The notes beneath the pieces are model-generated. The model ran no database searches. It had not been told where the DNA came from and worked only from the letters and a program-made list of their open reading frames with translations. From the NCBI RefSeq assembly GCF_009914755.1, contig NC_060926.1: DNA of 64,000 nt, one strand, 5' to 3'. Position numbers and translations under genes: made by a program. Source of the DNA: the human T2T-CHM13v2.0 reference genome, Homo sapiens. Of the stretch, positions 13,816-26,980 are shown in pieces. Numbering within the stretch: the first letter of the stretch is position 1; the number at the start of each line of letters is the position of its first letter.

Positions 13816-14049
13816 ACAATTTTAAAATTTTTATTTTACTTGAAGTTCTGTGGTGCACGAGCACAACATGCAAGTTTGCTATATAGGTATGTGTGTGCCA
13901 TGTTGGTTTGCTGTACCTATCAACCTGTCACCTAGGTTTTAAGCCCCGCATGCATTACCTATTTGTCCTGATGCACTCCTTCCCCTTGCACCCCCCAAGA
14001 GGCCACAGGGTCTGTTGTTCCCCTCCCTGTGTCCATGTATTCTCATTGT

Positions 14050-14643
14050 TCAACTCACACTTATGAGTGAGAACACATGGTGTATGGTTTTCTGTTCCTG
14101 TGTTAGTTCACTGAGGATGATGGCATCCAGTTTCGTCCATGTCCCTGCAAAGGACATGATCTCATTCCTTTTCATGGCTGCATAGTATTCCATGGCATAT
14201 CTGTACCACATTTTCTTTACCCAGTCTATCATTGATGGGAATTTGGGTTGGTTCCATGTCTTTGCCATTGTAAATAGTGCTACAATAAACATACGTGTGC
14301 ATGTATCTTTATAGTAGAATGATTTATATTCCTTTGGGTATATACCCAGTAATGGGATTGCTGGATCAAATGGTATTTCTGGTTCTAGACCCCTGAGGAA
14401 TCGCCACACTGTCTTCCACAATGGTTGAACTAATTTACATTCCCACCAACAGTGTTAATGTGTTCCTATTTCTCCACAGTCTCACCAGCATCTATTGTTT
14501 CTTGACTTTTTGATAATCACCATTCTGACTGGTGTGAGACGGTATCTCATTGTGGTTTTGATTTGCATTTCTCTAATGATCAGTGATGTTGAGATTTTTC
14601 TCATGTTTGTTGACTACATAAATGTCTTCTTTTGAGAAGTGTC
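14050..14643 (-). pseudogene. L1 ORF2p C-terminal remnant
   Basis: WKTVWRFLR..EIPFDPAIPLLGIYPKEYKSFYYKDTCTRMF...WVKKMW.. matches the ORF2p C-terminus. Confidence 0.92.
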
Positions 14644-15833
14644 CACTTTATCATTTTTTATTGTGTCTATTTGATTCTTCTCTCTTTTCTTCTTAGCTAG
14701 TGGTCTATTTTGTTAATTTTTTCAAACAAACAGCTCCTGGATTCACTGATTTTTTGAAGAGGTTTTGTGTCTCTATCTCCTTCAGCTCTGCTCTGATCTT
14801 AGTTATTTCTTGTATTCTGCTAGCTTTCAGATTTGTTTGCTCTTGCTTCTCTCGTTCTTTTAATTGTGATGTTAGGGTGTCAATTTTAGATCTTTCTAGC
14901 TTTCTGATGTGGGCATCAGTGCTATATACTTCCCTCTTAACACTGCTTTAGCTGCATCCCAGAGATTCTGGTACATTGTGTCTTTGTTCTCATTGGTTTG
15001 AAAGAACTTCTTGATTTCTGCCTTAATTTCATTATTTACCCAGAAGTCATTTAGGAGCAGATTGTTCAATTTTCCACGTAGTTGTGTGGTTTTGACTGAG
15101 CTTCTTAATCCTGAGTTCTAATTTGATTGCACTGTGATCTGAGAGACTGTTTGTTATGATTTCCGTTCTTTTGTATTTGATGAAGAGTGTTTTACTTCCA
15201 ATTATGTGGTCAATTTTAGAATAAGTGCCATGTGGCACTGAGAAGAATATATATTTTGTGTTTTGGGGTGGGGAGTTTTGTAGGTATCTATTAGGTATAC
15301 TTGATCCAGAGCTGAGTTCAAGTTCTGAATATCCTTGTTAATTTTCTCTCTCATTGATCTGTCTAATATTGACAATGGGGTATTAAAGTCTCCCACTACT
15401 ACTGTGTGGGAGTCCCACTACTATTGTGTGGGAGTCTAAGTCTCTTTGTAGGTCTCTAAGAACTTGTTTTATGAATCTGAGTGCTCCTGTATTGGGTGCA
15501 TATCTATTTAGGATAGTTAGTTCTTGTTGAATCGATCCCTTTACCATTGTGTAACGCTCTTCTTTGTCTTTTTTTATCTTTGTTGGTTTAAAGTCTGTTT
15601 TATCAGAGACTAGGATTGCAACCCCTGCTTTTTTTTGCTTTCCATTTTCTTGGTAAATTTTCTTCCATCCCTTTGAGCCTATATCTTTGCACGTGAGATG
15701 GGTCTCTTGAATACAGCACACCAGTGGGTCTTGACTCTATCCGATTTGCCAGTCTGTGTCTTTTAATTGGGGCATTTAGCCTATTTACATTTAAGGTTAA
15801 TATTGTTATGTGTGAATTTGATCCTCTCATCAT
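14644..15833 (-). pseudogene. L1 ORF2p APE endonuclease region, frameshifted
   Basis: SHITILTLNVN.LNAPIKRHRLA; CCIQETHLTCKD; GDFNTPLS; YSKIDHIIG...SDHSAIKLE motifs split over several frames. Confidence 0.92.
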
Positions 15834-15894
15834 GATGCTAGCTGGTTATTTTGCATGTTAGTTGATGAAGTTTCTTCACAGTGTCACTGGTCTT

Positions 15895-16913
15895 TATATT
15901 CCAGTCTGTTTTTTGCAGTGGCTGGTACCAGTTTTTCCTTTCCATATTTAGTGCTTCTTGCAGTAGCTCTTGCAAGGCAGGCCTGGTGGTGATGACATCC
16001 CTCAGCATTTGCTTGTCTGGAAAGGATTTTATTTCTCCTTCACTTATGAAGCTTAGTTTGGCTGGATATGAAATACTGGGTTGAAAATTCTTTTCTTTAA
16101 GAATGTTGAATATTGGCCCCCAGTCTCTTCTGGCTTGTAGGGTTTCTGCTGAGTGATCTGCTGTTAGTCTGATGGGCTTCCCTTTGTAGGTGACATGGCC
16201 TTACTCTCTGGCTGCCCTTAACATTTTTTCCTTCATACTGACCTTGGAGAATCTGATGATCATGTGTCTTGGGGTTGACCTTCTTGTGGAGTATCTTACT
16301 GGTGTTCTCTGCGTTTCCTGAATTTGAATGTTGGCCTGTCTTGCTAGGTTGGGGTAGTTCTCCTGGATAATATCCTTAAGTGTGTTTTCCAGCTTGGTTT
16401 CATTCTCCCCATCTCTTTCAGGTACTCTAATCAATCATAAGTTCAATATTTTTACACAGTCCCATATTTCTCAGAGGTTTTGTCCATTCTTTTTCATTCC
16501 CTTTAATCTTATCTGCATACCTTATTTTAGCAAGATGGTCTTCAATCTCTGATATTCTTTCTTCCACTTGATCTATTCAGCTATTGATAGTTGTGCATGC
16601 TTCATGAAGTTCTTGTGCTGTGTTTTACAGCTCATAAGGTCATTTATGTTCCTCTCTAAACTGGTTATTCTAGTTAGCAGCTCTTGTAACCTTTTATCAA
16701 GGTTCTTAGCTTCTTTGCATTGGGTCAGAACATGCTCCTTTACCTCGGTGGAGTTTGCTATTACCCACCTCCTGAAGCCTATTTCTGTCAATTCATCCAT
16801 CTCATCCTCCATCCCATTCTGCACCCTTGCTGGAAAAGTGTTGCAATGATTTGGAGAAGAAGAGGCACTCTGGCCTTTTGGAGTTTCAGTGGATTTTGTT
16901 GATTCTTTCTCAT
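15895..16913 (-). pseudogene. L1 ORF1p, disrupted
   Basis: ATG at 16913-16911; fragments ...KNLDKRLQELLTRITSLERNINDLM and LENTLKDIIQENYPNLARQANIQIQETQRTP...TPRHMIIRFSK. Confidence 0.9.
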
Positions 16914-18235
16914 CTTCATGAGTTTGTCTAGTTTCAATCTGACCCTTCAGTGAGGTTTTTGTGGGGACTTTTTTTGATGCTGATTTTGTTGCTTTCTGTT
17001 TGTTCGTTTGTTTTTTGAATAGTCAGGTCTGTCTTCTGTAGGGCTGCTGTGGTTTGCTGGGGGTTCACTTCAGGCTCTATTCATCTGGTTCACCCCCATG
17101 CCTGGAGATGCCACTTGAGGAGGCTGGAGAACAGCAAAGATGGGTGCCTGTTCCTTCTTCTGGGATCTCTGACCTTGAGGGGCACTGACCTGATGCCAAT
17201 AGGAATGCTCCTGTATAAGGTGTCTGACAACCCCTGTTGGGGAGGTCTCACCCAGTTGGGTGACACAGGAAGCAGGACCAGTTTAATGAAGCTCTTTGGC
17301 TGTCCCTTGGTGAAGGGGGTGTGCTGCACTAGGGGAAAACCCACTTGTCTGGGCTTCATGAATTCTTCAGAGCTAGCAAGAGGAAAGACTAAGTCTGCAG
17401 TCAGTGGAGTCTACAGGCACCCCTCCCCTTAGGGGCCCAGGCCCAGGGAGATCAGAGTTCTATCCCTGAGCCCCTGGCTGGAGTTGTTGGAATTCCTACA
17501 GGGAAGCCCCACCCAGTGAGAAGGAATGGGTCAGGGTTCAGCTTGAAGAGGTACCCTGGCTGCAGTCTGCCACAGCCAGTGTTGGACTGTGTGGAATACC
17601 TCTTGGGACTAAGCCATTTAGTCTCCCTGGCTTCAGCAGGGGAAAGCGTGGCCTAGAGGTATAGAGATGGATGCTGCCCTCCTCCCCACCTGGTAGCTTA
17701 GTGTGTTAGGCAGCTAGCAACCCTAGTGTTTGCTGCTGCCACTCCCCTAAGGAGCTCAGATGGCTTAGACAGTAGGCAGCTGCAGCTGTGGTGGTTGGCT
17801 GCCCCTCCTCCCAGGAACTTGGCAGGGTTAGGCAGATTCTAGCCAAGTGGCTGTTGAGAATCTGCATAGCTCCACGATTGGGACCCTAGGCCCTGGTGAT
17901 GTGGGCCCACTAGTGGGATCTTTCAATTCATGGGTTACACAGTTCCATAGAAAGAAGCACCATTTCCCAGGCTGGGTAGCACACTCACTGACCACCTCCC
18001 TTGGTTGTGGGGTGAGGGCTCCACTGCCCCATGTGGCTCTCAGGTGGGCCACTGCCCTATACTGCTCTTCCTTCCTTTCTGTGGGTCATGCCAGCTGCCT
18101 ACTCAGTTCTGATGACAGAACCCAGATACTTGATTGCCAGTGCAGGATTCACACGCTGTTGTGGTTCTTTTCAATGGGAGCCTCCAATCACCACTGCTTC
18201 TAGATGGCCATCTTGAACCTGCCCCCAAATAATTT

Positions 18236-18900
18236 ATTTTTTAAACTTTCTCTATTTTTGTATTACTGTGGACTCTTGGATATTTATATACTACATAGGT
18301 TACAATCAATTTTAGTCATTATTCTTTTGGATGCTCAAAATGTCCCAAGTCTGACCAATGAGAACGTCTTAAAGCTTGCCCAACTGTTCAACTCGACCCC
18401 ATTAGGGTCTATGAGTGTTTCCTTACTTTCTGGCACAACAAGGCAACCTAAGTTCACCTGGTATTTTCATTGCCCCAAAACTGCAATCAGCCATTTCCCC
18501 AAGTACTCTTGATTCCTTTTGGTGAAGAATGGTACTCAGAAGGCAAAATTTGGGCAGTGGAAGGGTGATTCCTAAGAAAGTGCTATATCTTCTGTGTCTT
18601 TCCTTTGAAAAATAATAAGACATATAGAATCATGAATATTTAGATTTCCAAAGCAAATTTAACATTTCAGGATTTTCATTTATTTAATATCTGCATTCTT
18701 TTCCCCATACACTGATAATTTATTAGATTTTTCTACAGTATACAAAAAACACAAATTAGCAATGCCAATATTATTACTACTAACATTACTGCATGATGTT
18801 TAAGAGTTCTTTCTAGCTCTTTGGACCCTTCAACTATATGCTACTACATATATAGAGAATACTGTTTAAAAGTCACTTGAAATCATTCTTTTCTCTGCAT
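18236..18900 (-). mobile_element. Old L1 3' region (L1MC4/5-like), right part
   Basis: 'ttggatgctcaaaatgtcccaag...ttccttactttctggcacaacaag...aatcagccatttccccaag...ttccttttggtgaagaatggta' matches the recalled L1MC 3' consensus; right boundary approximate. Confidence 0.7.
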
Positions 18901-19329
18901 CGCTATATTATCAATACATTCTTATTCGTTTGTAGTCTAGGGTTTGTTTTATTTACTTTTACTTTTGAACATGTAAAACATGTTTCAAAAGTCAAAACTA
19001 TAATAAAAACATAATTAGAGAAGTTACAATTCCAACCCTATTACTTCAACCCCATTCCTACCATTCTTTATAAGTAATCATGTCTATTAATTTCTAGTTT
19101 ATTTTTCTAGTTCTTGTTATATAAAATGCAAATAATTATGCATATTTTATTTCTTATACATATTCATGTAGTCTTTCACTCAGTGGTCTGTTTTCTTTAT
19201 TCTGTTTTGTTTTGTTTTTGTGTTCTATTGGTATCAAAGAGGTTGAAGTTTTGTTCTGTTCATTACTTTTTCATTAATACTTTTGGTAACAACCTTTAGT
19301 TTTCCCTTTTCTTTTAGACAATGCATATT

Positions 19330-21000
19330 GTGTCACCATTGTAAGCTGCAACAAAATCTATTTTAAACGGATTATAGTAATATCCAATGACACCATTTAT
19401 CTCCATTCTTTCCCACTTCCCCCACCATGATTTAGTTTTGTTATTTTTACCTTGGTATAGCATAAAACAACAAACTCTCCTTTTTCCCTTGTCTGCAAAT
19501 TTGTTTTACACCTGCAATTTAGGATTAAATATATAAAATATGCACTACCAATACCTCTGTCTAAGTATCCACTATCTTTATTTTTTATAAAGCTCATATT
19601 CTAGTAGTTTCCTTAAGAAGGGCTTCTAGGTACAAGATTCCCTAAGTTTTTGCATGTTCCATAGTTATTTGATAGACTTGACTTGAGTGACAATTTGAAT
19701 AGAATGACATTCTTCACTCCCTTTCTGTTCCTGAGTATCTTAAAAAATGGCACTCCTTTATTTTCTTATGTTGAATGTTTCTGTTAAGAAAACTAATGTC
19801 AACCCATCTGCTTTTTTTTTTTTTTGTAAATAACTTAGTCTTTCTTTGCTATGTTTTAGAGATTATAATCCTGGGTCAATTTTTATCGGTGAAAAATGAA
19901 CCTTATAATGTATAGTTTCAGGCCTTCATTTCAATAGATTTTTTTGAGAATAGTTCTAAGCTTCACTTAATTTTGTCTCATTTTTTGCTTTTCTTCTCCT
20001 GGGACACCAAAATATGTATTTGTATCTTCTGTGTTTATCTTCTAAAATCTCTTCATTTATTTTTACTCTCATCATTTGTTTTCTTCTCTTGGCTTTTCCC
20101 ATTTCTATCCTCCATGGCCCCTGCAGCAACTTATACTTATGTATAGTTTCCTCTGGCCACTGCTATGGACTAAATTATGTATCTCTCTCTCTCTCCCCTA
20201 AAATTTATATGTTGAAGCCCCCAATGTAGACTGCATTTGAAGATTGGGTCTTTAAGAAGTAACAAACACTAAATGAAGTCACAAGGGTGGGGTCCTGATC
20301 CCACAGGACTAGTGACCTTATAAGAAGAGAAAATTAAGGAGAGAGTTTCTTCAAATGCATGCACTGAGCAAAGGCCATATGAGTACACAATGTCTGCAAG
20401 CCAGGAAAAGAGCCCTCATCAGAAACCAGACCCTGCTGGCCCCTGACCCTGGATTTTCCAGCCTCCAGAATGGTGATAAAACATATTTTTGTTGTTTAAA
20501 CCATAGTCTCTGGTACACTGTTATGCAACCTGGGAAGCCTGAGCAGCTAAAACAACCAAATACATAAATGTATATTTATTTGTACCATGACAATGTACCA
20601 GATACATAAATTTGTAATTTATTTCAAATTTCTCAGATGATTTTAACATGTTCTTCATTTCCTTCCTGCATTCTGTTAATTACCTAGTTTTATATTGCTT
20701 TTCTTTTTGTATCCTTTGTCTTAAATTTCTAATTCATGATACTCTTTTGTAACTGTGATTTCTCTTTATACTGTTTTAAATTCATTTTGAAGTATCGTTT
20801 TACAGTTTTATGGCTATAATTTTTACATTAAATGTTTTAATACACCAGATAGCTTTTATTCTTATTCATCTGTTATTTCTTTGGGTATTTTTGTATGGAT
20901 ACTGGGTCCCTAATTTTTTTCCCAGACTTCAATCAACATTTTATTTACCAAGTCTATATTTAGCAAGACAATGTGGGAGAGATAAAGAGGAAGAAGGGGG
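19330..21000 (-). mobile_element. HAL1 / ancient L1 ORF1-like relic (interrupted by MLT1A)
   Basis: 'aagaagggcttctaggtacaagattccctaagtttttgcatgtt...ttgaatgtttctgttaagaaaactaatg' resembles HAL1; T-rich on this strand. Confidence 0.5.
20161..20554 (+). mobile_element. MLT1A-family MaLR solo LTR
   Basis: TG..CA ends; 'tgctatggact...aaaatttatatgttgaagccc...ccttataagaagag...ccagcctccagaa...tgttgtttaa'. Confidence 0.85.
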
Positions 21001-21399
21001 TAGGTGGTAAACGGGTCTCAGAGAAGCTGATCCAGTTTCTGCACTTGCTGCAGAGCCTTGCAGTCCTTGCCAGGAGGAGTTCCTGGCCTTGTGCCTTTCA
21101 GAAGTCCCAAAAGGCATCAAGGAGGTGCGTAAGCAGCTACACCTCAGTGACAGTTGCAGACCCCATCTAAGAGACATGTCATTAGTACTGTCCTTTTGTC
21201 TTCCTCCTCTCTGCAGCTGGGGGAGTGAGGATGGGTTCCTATCTTTATTTTTCATATTTATTTGTGTTGGATTTTCCTGGTCCAACAAGAAGAGATCCTA
21301 CAGCGAGGGAAGATAATAAGTGGATAGGTCTCCCACTTTTTCAAATCAATATATCTCTTTTAATTGCCACAATAAAGAGCAGTTTTTAAAAATAACTTC

Positions 21400-21438
21400 C
21401 CCTCCTCCTCCTTCTTCTTCTTCCTCTTCTTCTTTTTC
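21400..21438. repeat. (CCT)n/(CTT)n simple repeat
   Basis: cctcctcctccttcttcttcttcctcttcttctttt. Confidence 0.8.
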
Positions 21439-22083
21439 ATACTACATTATTTCAGCAATACTCATCTCTTCCGCCTCTGCCTTCTTTCCTTAACCACTAA
21501 GGCTACAAGGAGACACTCCTCCTTCCAATGTATCTTCCTCTTTCCCAGAAGTGGCATCTTCTCTATTTTGCCAATTCTTGTCTTGATCACTTTTCAAGCT
21601 TCTTTTTACTGACTCCTCATTAGCCAGTGCCCCGACCCACAAGACCTTACACATATTCTTGATATTTCCACTCAAGGTACAGCCCTCTTGTTCTGGGGTT
21701 AACACTGTATGATCTCTGTGTTCCACCACCTATTATACTCTCTGTATTTAACTCTTTTTCACACAACCTCCCCCTGACTCTGCTTGGGTGTGGGCTCCAA
21801 AGATGACTCTGCTTGTTTATAGTGTTTATTTCCCTTGCTCACTGTAAATTAAAGCAATTTCTCCTAGTTATAATACAACCAAAGGCCAAGGTGTTCTGAT
21901 TGAATATTTCTGTTGATATATGATTCTTAGGAATGTGGAGGTAGCTTAGTAGATAGGGATCTATCATTATTAAACAGAAACCCAGAAGTATAACATAAAT
22001 TAAAATTAAACTTTGAATAACTTTCAGATGGCCTTTAATTACAGAATGAAAACATACCTGCCTAAATCTTCTGTTGAATGATA

Positions 22084-22329
22084 TGAAAAATGAGAGCTCT
22101 GTTTTTGAATTATGTCATTTCTGGATACCTGAATTGGGTGTGCCCTTGATTTGTGACCTCACTATTCTTCCTGATTGGTACCAGAACCACATATTGACAC
22201 CTATCTTTGAAAAATGAAAGCTGCCTTTTTGAATTATCTCATTTCTGGATACCAGAATTGGGTGTTCCTTTGATTTCTGACCTCACCGTTCTTCCTGATT
22301 GGTACCAGAACCACATACTGACATCTATC
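22084..22329. repeat. 124-bp tandem duplication, 2 copies, about 89% identical
   Basis: Copies start at 22084 and 22208; 13 substitutions over 122 aligned nt by hand count, no indels. Confidence 0.95.
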
Positions 22330-22659
22330 ACAAGCTGTTACTCTTTTCCTCTTTTGAACGTGAAGCACAGTATTTTAATTGCACCACATCTTAATTAATT
22401 TTTTAGGGTCGCCAATTGTCTCTGCACAAACTATTTCCATGGCCTTTCTATTTCCTTGCTAGAAGTTCTGACTGGTGTAGACAGGACAATAGCTAGCTCA
22501 TACCCCCTTCTGTAATTCGGACATGATATAGAGGCACTTTAGTTATTCTTCACAGTAAAATTATTTATGTTGAGAGTACCTTTTCTCCGGCATCTCCATA
22601 ATTCTACATTTTTGGCCATGGATAACAGACAAGCCTCACACCAAATTCTGTATTAGAAA

Positions 22660-23290
22660 TGATTATTAGGTGTCTATTGTATGAAAGGCAGAACACAACC
22701 AAGAGGTACAATGAAGATTACATTGTTATTCTCTTCTAGGAGATTCAAGTCATTCTCTTACAGATAGAGGGAAAGAGAGACAGAGAGAGATTACGTATGT
22801 ATACATATATGTATAAGGTACATTGGGAGTTTGGGAAAGAGAAAAATATCTTATGATAGTGAAGATTCTGGAAAAACCTTGTAAAAATAGTGGTCTTTCA
22901 GTCTTTCAGTAGAAAGCCTTTAGATGTAAGAAGAGCAGAGGGAGCTCATCTAATAAAACAGAGAGTACACTTAAAGAAAGGGCTTGGAAAGGGAAAAGTT
23001 TGTGTTTGGTATGGCAAATTGCAGTAGTTTCATTTGGTTGAAACAGAACCAATAAAATAAAATAATAAATAATATTATTAAGGTAAAATTAACATTTTCA
23101 AATAACAGAAAAAACATTTGACTCTTGTTATAGAAACAATGTGAGCTTATTCCAAGTTTTGAGCAGATGAGTGTATCAGAGTTTCCCAAAGATTAATCAA
23201 ATAGCAGATTGCAAAACTGACTTGAACAGGGAGAAACTGGAGTCACTGAAACAAGTTAGAGGCAATTCTAATTGCTCAGACAAGAATAAA
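22660..23290 (-). mobile_element. L2 relic
   Basis: Purine-rich reverse L2 features ('ttttgagcag...aaagattaatc...gagaaactggag...aagttagaggcaatt'). Confidence 0.5.
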
Positions 23291-24394
23291 ATATACCACT
23301 GTATATAAACACAGAACATAACAACCAATCTTTATGCAAGTATATCTCTTTTTGATAGGAGAAATATTTGATGGGAAAGCTTTGTGTTCCATGTTCACAG
23401 TATGTAAAAAAGAAAAAGAAAGAAAGCTTTATGGAATATATGTTATTTAGGCATTTATAAGAAAGAAAATTTATTTCTGACTCAGTCATAAAACCCGAGA
23501 CTTTTGATTTGCCCAAATCCACTCATCTGCTCAGTCATCTATAGAATAAATAATACATTCTGCATCACGCCAAAGCATTCTGACACACTGAATTCTCATT
23601 TAGAAATCTTAATTTAGCATCTCCAGTAAGGAAACTACAACTAAAAACTATTCTAAAATTCTCTCTTTCTCCCTTCGTCCCTCACTTATTTCAGCTAATT
23701 GTATCTTTTTCCCCACCAAAACCAATTTCAAGATGTTAAAATTGCCATATAATTATATTTTATCTTATGCAAGGTTGGTCACTGACAAATCTAAGCTAAT
23801 CCAGGATTTTTTTTAATAAAAACTCCAAATAGGGTCACTTAGGTTGAATAGAGTGATTTTATCCTTTCATCAAATCAAATATGAGGAATCCACTTTTGCT
23901 AAAATTACCTCTGTGGGTCTTTGCCTATAGTGTGATGAAGGTCACTGAGTTGATTAAATAGTTTGTGGCAATAATGGGGTCTTCTGCAGATGCAATCTGA
24001 AATGATAAAAAAATTGAGAGCAAAAAGGGGCTTAAATGGTTCAATGGAGATAATATACCTGAAAAAATCTAGCCCCTTTGTTGAATAATCATTGTTCCAA
24101 GCAGAAGGGAGTCTGTGAGAATAGAAAGACTAGATTTTTTTCTCCCTTTGAAACTATGAGAGAATATGAGAAAGAAGATTAAAAATGAGAGACAAAAGAG
24201 GAAAGTAAGACAGAGAGGAAGTCTAAGTGTGGAAACCTAAGTCACTGGAAGAATTAGGAAGTTTCATCCATGGGGCGTATGGGACAGACATGCATTTTTC
24301 TGGAACACAGAGGAAAGGACAAGATGATTGATATTCATTTATCACCCTACCAGGCCTTACCTTGCTGGGTCTTGTATGTAGGTCTTGCCCACTA

Positions 24395-24640
24395 ATTAAT
24401 CTGTGAGTTACCTGAAGGCAGGAGTGCTTCATTCATTTTCTTTGTATCTCCAGCAACATGCATAGGGCCATGCTTTGGAGATGCTTAATATGACATATAT
24501 GACGACTAAGAGTGGTCTTAGAAGTTTCCTTTTCATCCTATGACAATTGAGTTCCTTGAGGGCAAAGACTACCTCTTGTTCACCATTATATCCCCCAAAA
24601 CCTAAAGCATAATAGACTGATAAGAAGTATTTGTCACATC
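24395..24640 (+). mobile_element. Two short L2 3'-end fragments
   Basis: 'ctgtgagtt...gaaggcagg...tctttgtatctccagca' and 'tgagttccttgagggcaaagact...gttcaccattatatcccc'. Confidence 0.55.
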
Positions 24641-26499
24641 CTATAGGTAGGTATATTTGGATAATTAAATGCAAACAAATGAATGAAAAGAAATTTACAA
24701 TATCCACGGTCAACTCATCCATACCTATTTATTCAGTGTTTGCTAGATAGGCAGCACTGTGCTAGCTGAATATGTTGAAGAATACTACTGCTAGGATTCT
24801 CTATTTGATTTTATATCATTTAACTAAAGAAGTCATAATTAGTGTATTTAAAATGATTAAGTATTTAAAAAAAAAATTCACCTGGGGTAGTGAAGTAAAA
24901 AGTATCTCAAATAGTTCTGCTATTTGAGTTAGTCTCTAAAATAATGATTCCTGTAAGGGGACTTAAACGTTTAAGTTTTTGTTTTTTTTTTTAGTCACTA
25001 AGTAAAGTCCTGGGATAGCAATGGAAGATGAGACAGCTCTAGAAACAATGAAAAGTGGAAAGGAAATAGTAAAGAATCACACACTACTCAAACAGGCACA
25101 CAAACTTGCATGCACATGAACACAAACACACATATACACAAAACGCAGCTCTTTTCTCAGACAAGGTAATGTCCTTCCATGAATCACAGCATATAATCTC
25201 TTCTAATTTCTATGATTATGATATTGCAAGCATCCTGATAATTTTTTACTGTGACTGGCAGAAAACAGTCTCTAAAGATCCCCTTTATGATTACACATTG
25301 TAAAAATGATCTCTATAATGCCATGTGCATGCAAGAGAGGTGAAGCAACTTTTTGCATTAACAAAAGCTTACTTTATACACAATTAACCTGCTCACCAAA
25401 TCAAAATGCTACTAATCCCGACCCCAGTGCCTATGGCACCATGAAATTATTTGTACAAAAGACTAAAAATTCAAATTTACTAACCAGAAATTTTAGGTGG
25501 GATATTTTGCATTAAATAGAAGAGCTTCCATAGCGCCTTATGCTTAAAACAGGTCCTTGATGACATACATGTGTACAACTTCATTAACCCACAAATGTCT
25601 TTTGTGGAGCAGAACATACTAGGTATGAATGATGCATGCACAAAGTATTAAATAATCACTGCAGCTGAATCCAAAACAGTAGCTCAGAGAGAACCAGCTG
25701 TTCTGTCTCTTTAAAGAAAAAAAAAAAAATGAAGCAAAACAAAAAATTTTTAAACAAATTTTTTGAAAAGAAATGAGAGACTCAGAGCTTCTATTATGGG
25801 GATTTTGTGATACTGTCATGTTTTAAGAAATCAGTGCCATTCCAAAGTTTATTACTTTTAAAAAACAGTAATGACAGAGAAGGAAAATGAGCAGAGAAGA
25901 GGACTTTTTTTTATTTCCCAGCCACATCTTATTAAATGAGTTTAAAATAGGTCTCTAATGACTACCACTGCAATGATGGTACCTAAAGGAAGTAAGGTAT
26001 TATGAAAAAACACTCTATTGGGAAAAGATATATGTGGGTTTCGTGTTAGGTCATCATAATATTATTTTGGTCAGTTCAACTTAGCAAACATTTTGGGGGC
26101 TATCACTTTTCTCTACTATACAGTGGGAGTTGAACCAGATTGTTTCTATGGTCATTCCAACTTCGACATCAATTGCTAGGGTACCAGTTACCTAAGTCAA
26201 ACACACTCAAGTCCCTGGACAAGAAGCACTCACTTGCTTCACTGGCTCAAGACTTCCTAAGAAGGCCTCACCATGCTTGAGTTGCCACCCCTAACTAGGC
26301 CAACAACAGAGTAAAGAAAGCAGCAGTTACAATTTACATGTACATAGGGAATGTTGCTCCTTCACTAGCCTTCACTTTAAACAGCAAGTTATTAACCTTC
26401 TTCATACACCAGGTTTTTACTTAAGAATATTCTCCTTGATGGGTAACTTTCCTAGCCAAGCTAAAATTACAGTCTCTAGGATGAAAGTTGTATCCCCTT

Positions 26500-26980
<481 letters not shown>

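Larger units (their letters stand above)
13823..18226 (-). mobile_element. 5'-complete LINE-1 (L1PA8/8A-class), about 4.4 kb, with ~2 kb internal ORF2 deletion
   Basis: Minus-strand 5' end GGGGGCAGGTTCAAGATGGCC at 18226; 5' UTR, ORF1 and ORF2 endonuclease fragments in the ORF track; 3' UTR 'gttttaagccccgcatgcatta'; flanking direct repeat caaa(c/t)aattt at 13813-13822 and 18226-18235. Confidence 0.95.

Noticed and set aside
17847-18203. 118-aa antisense ORF in the L1 5' UTR, possible ORF0 analogue
   Set aside because: GTG start and no convincing similarity to ORF0 as I recall it.
22084-22329. Repeat pair as a CRISPR-like array
   Set aside because: Contiguous duplication without unique spacers; eukaryotic context and no cas genes.
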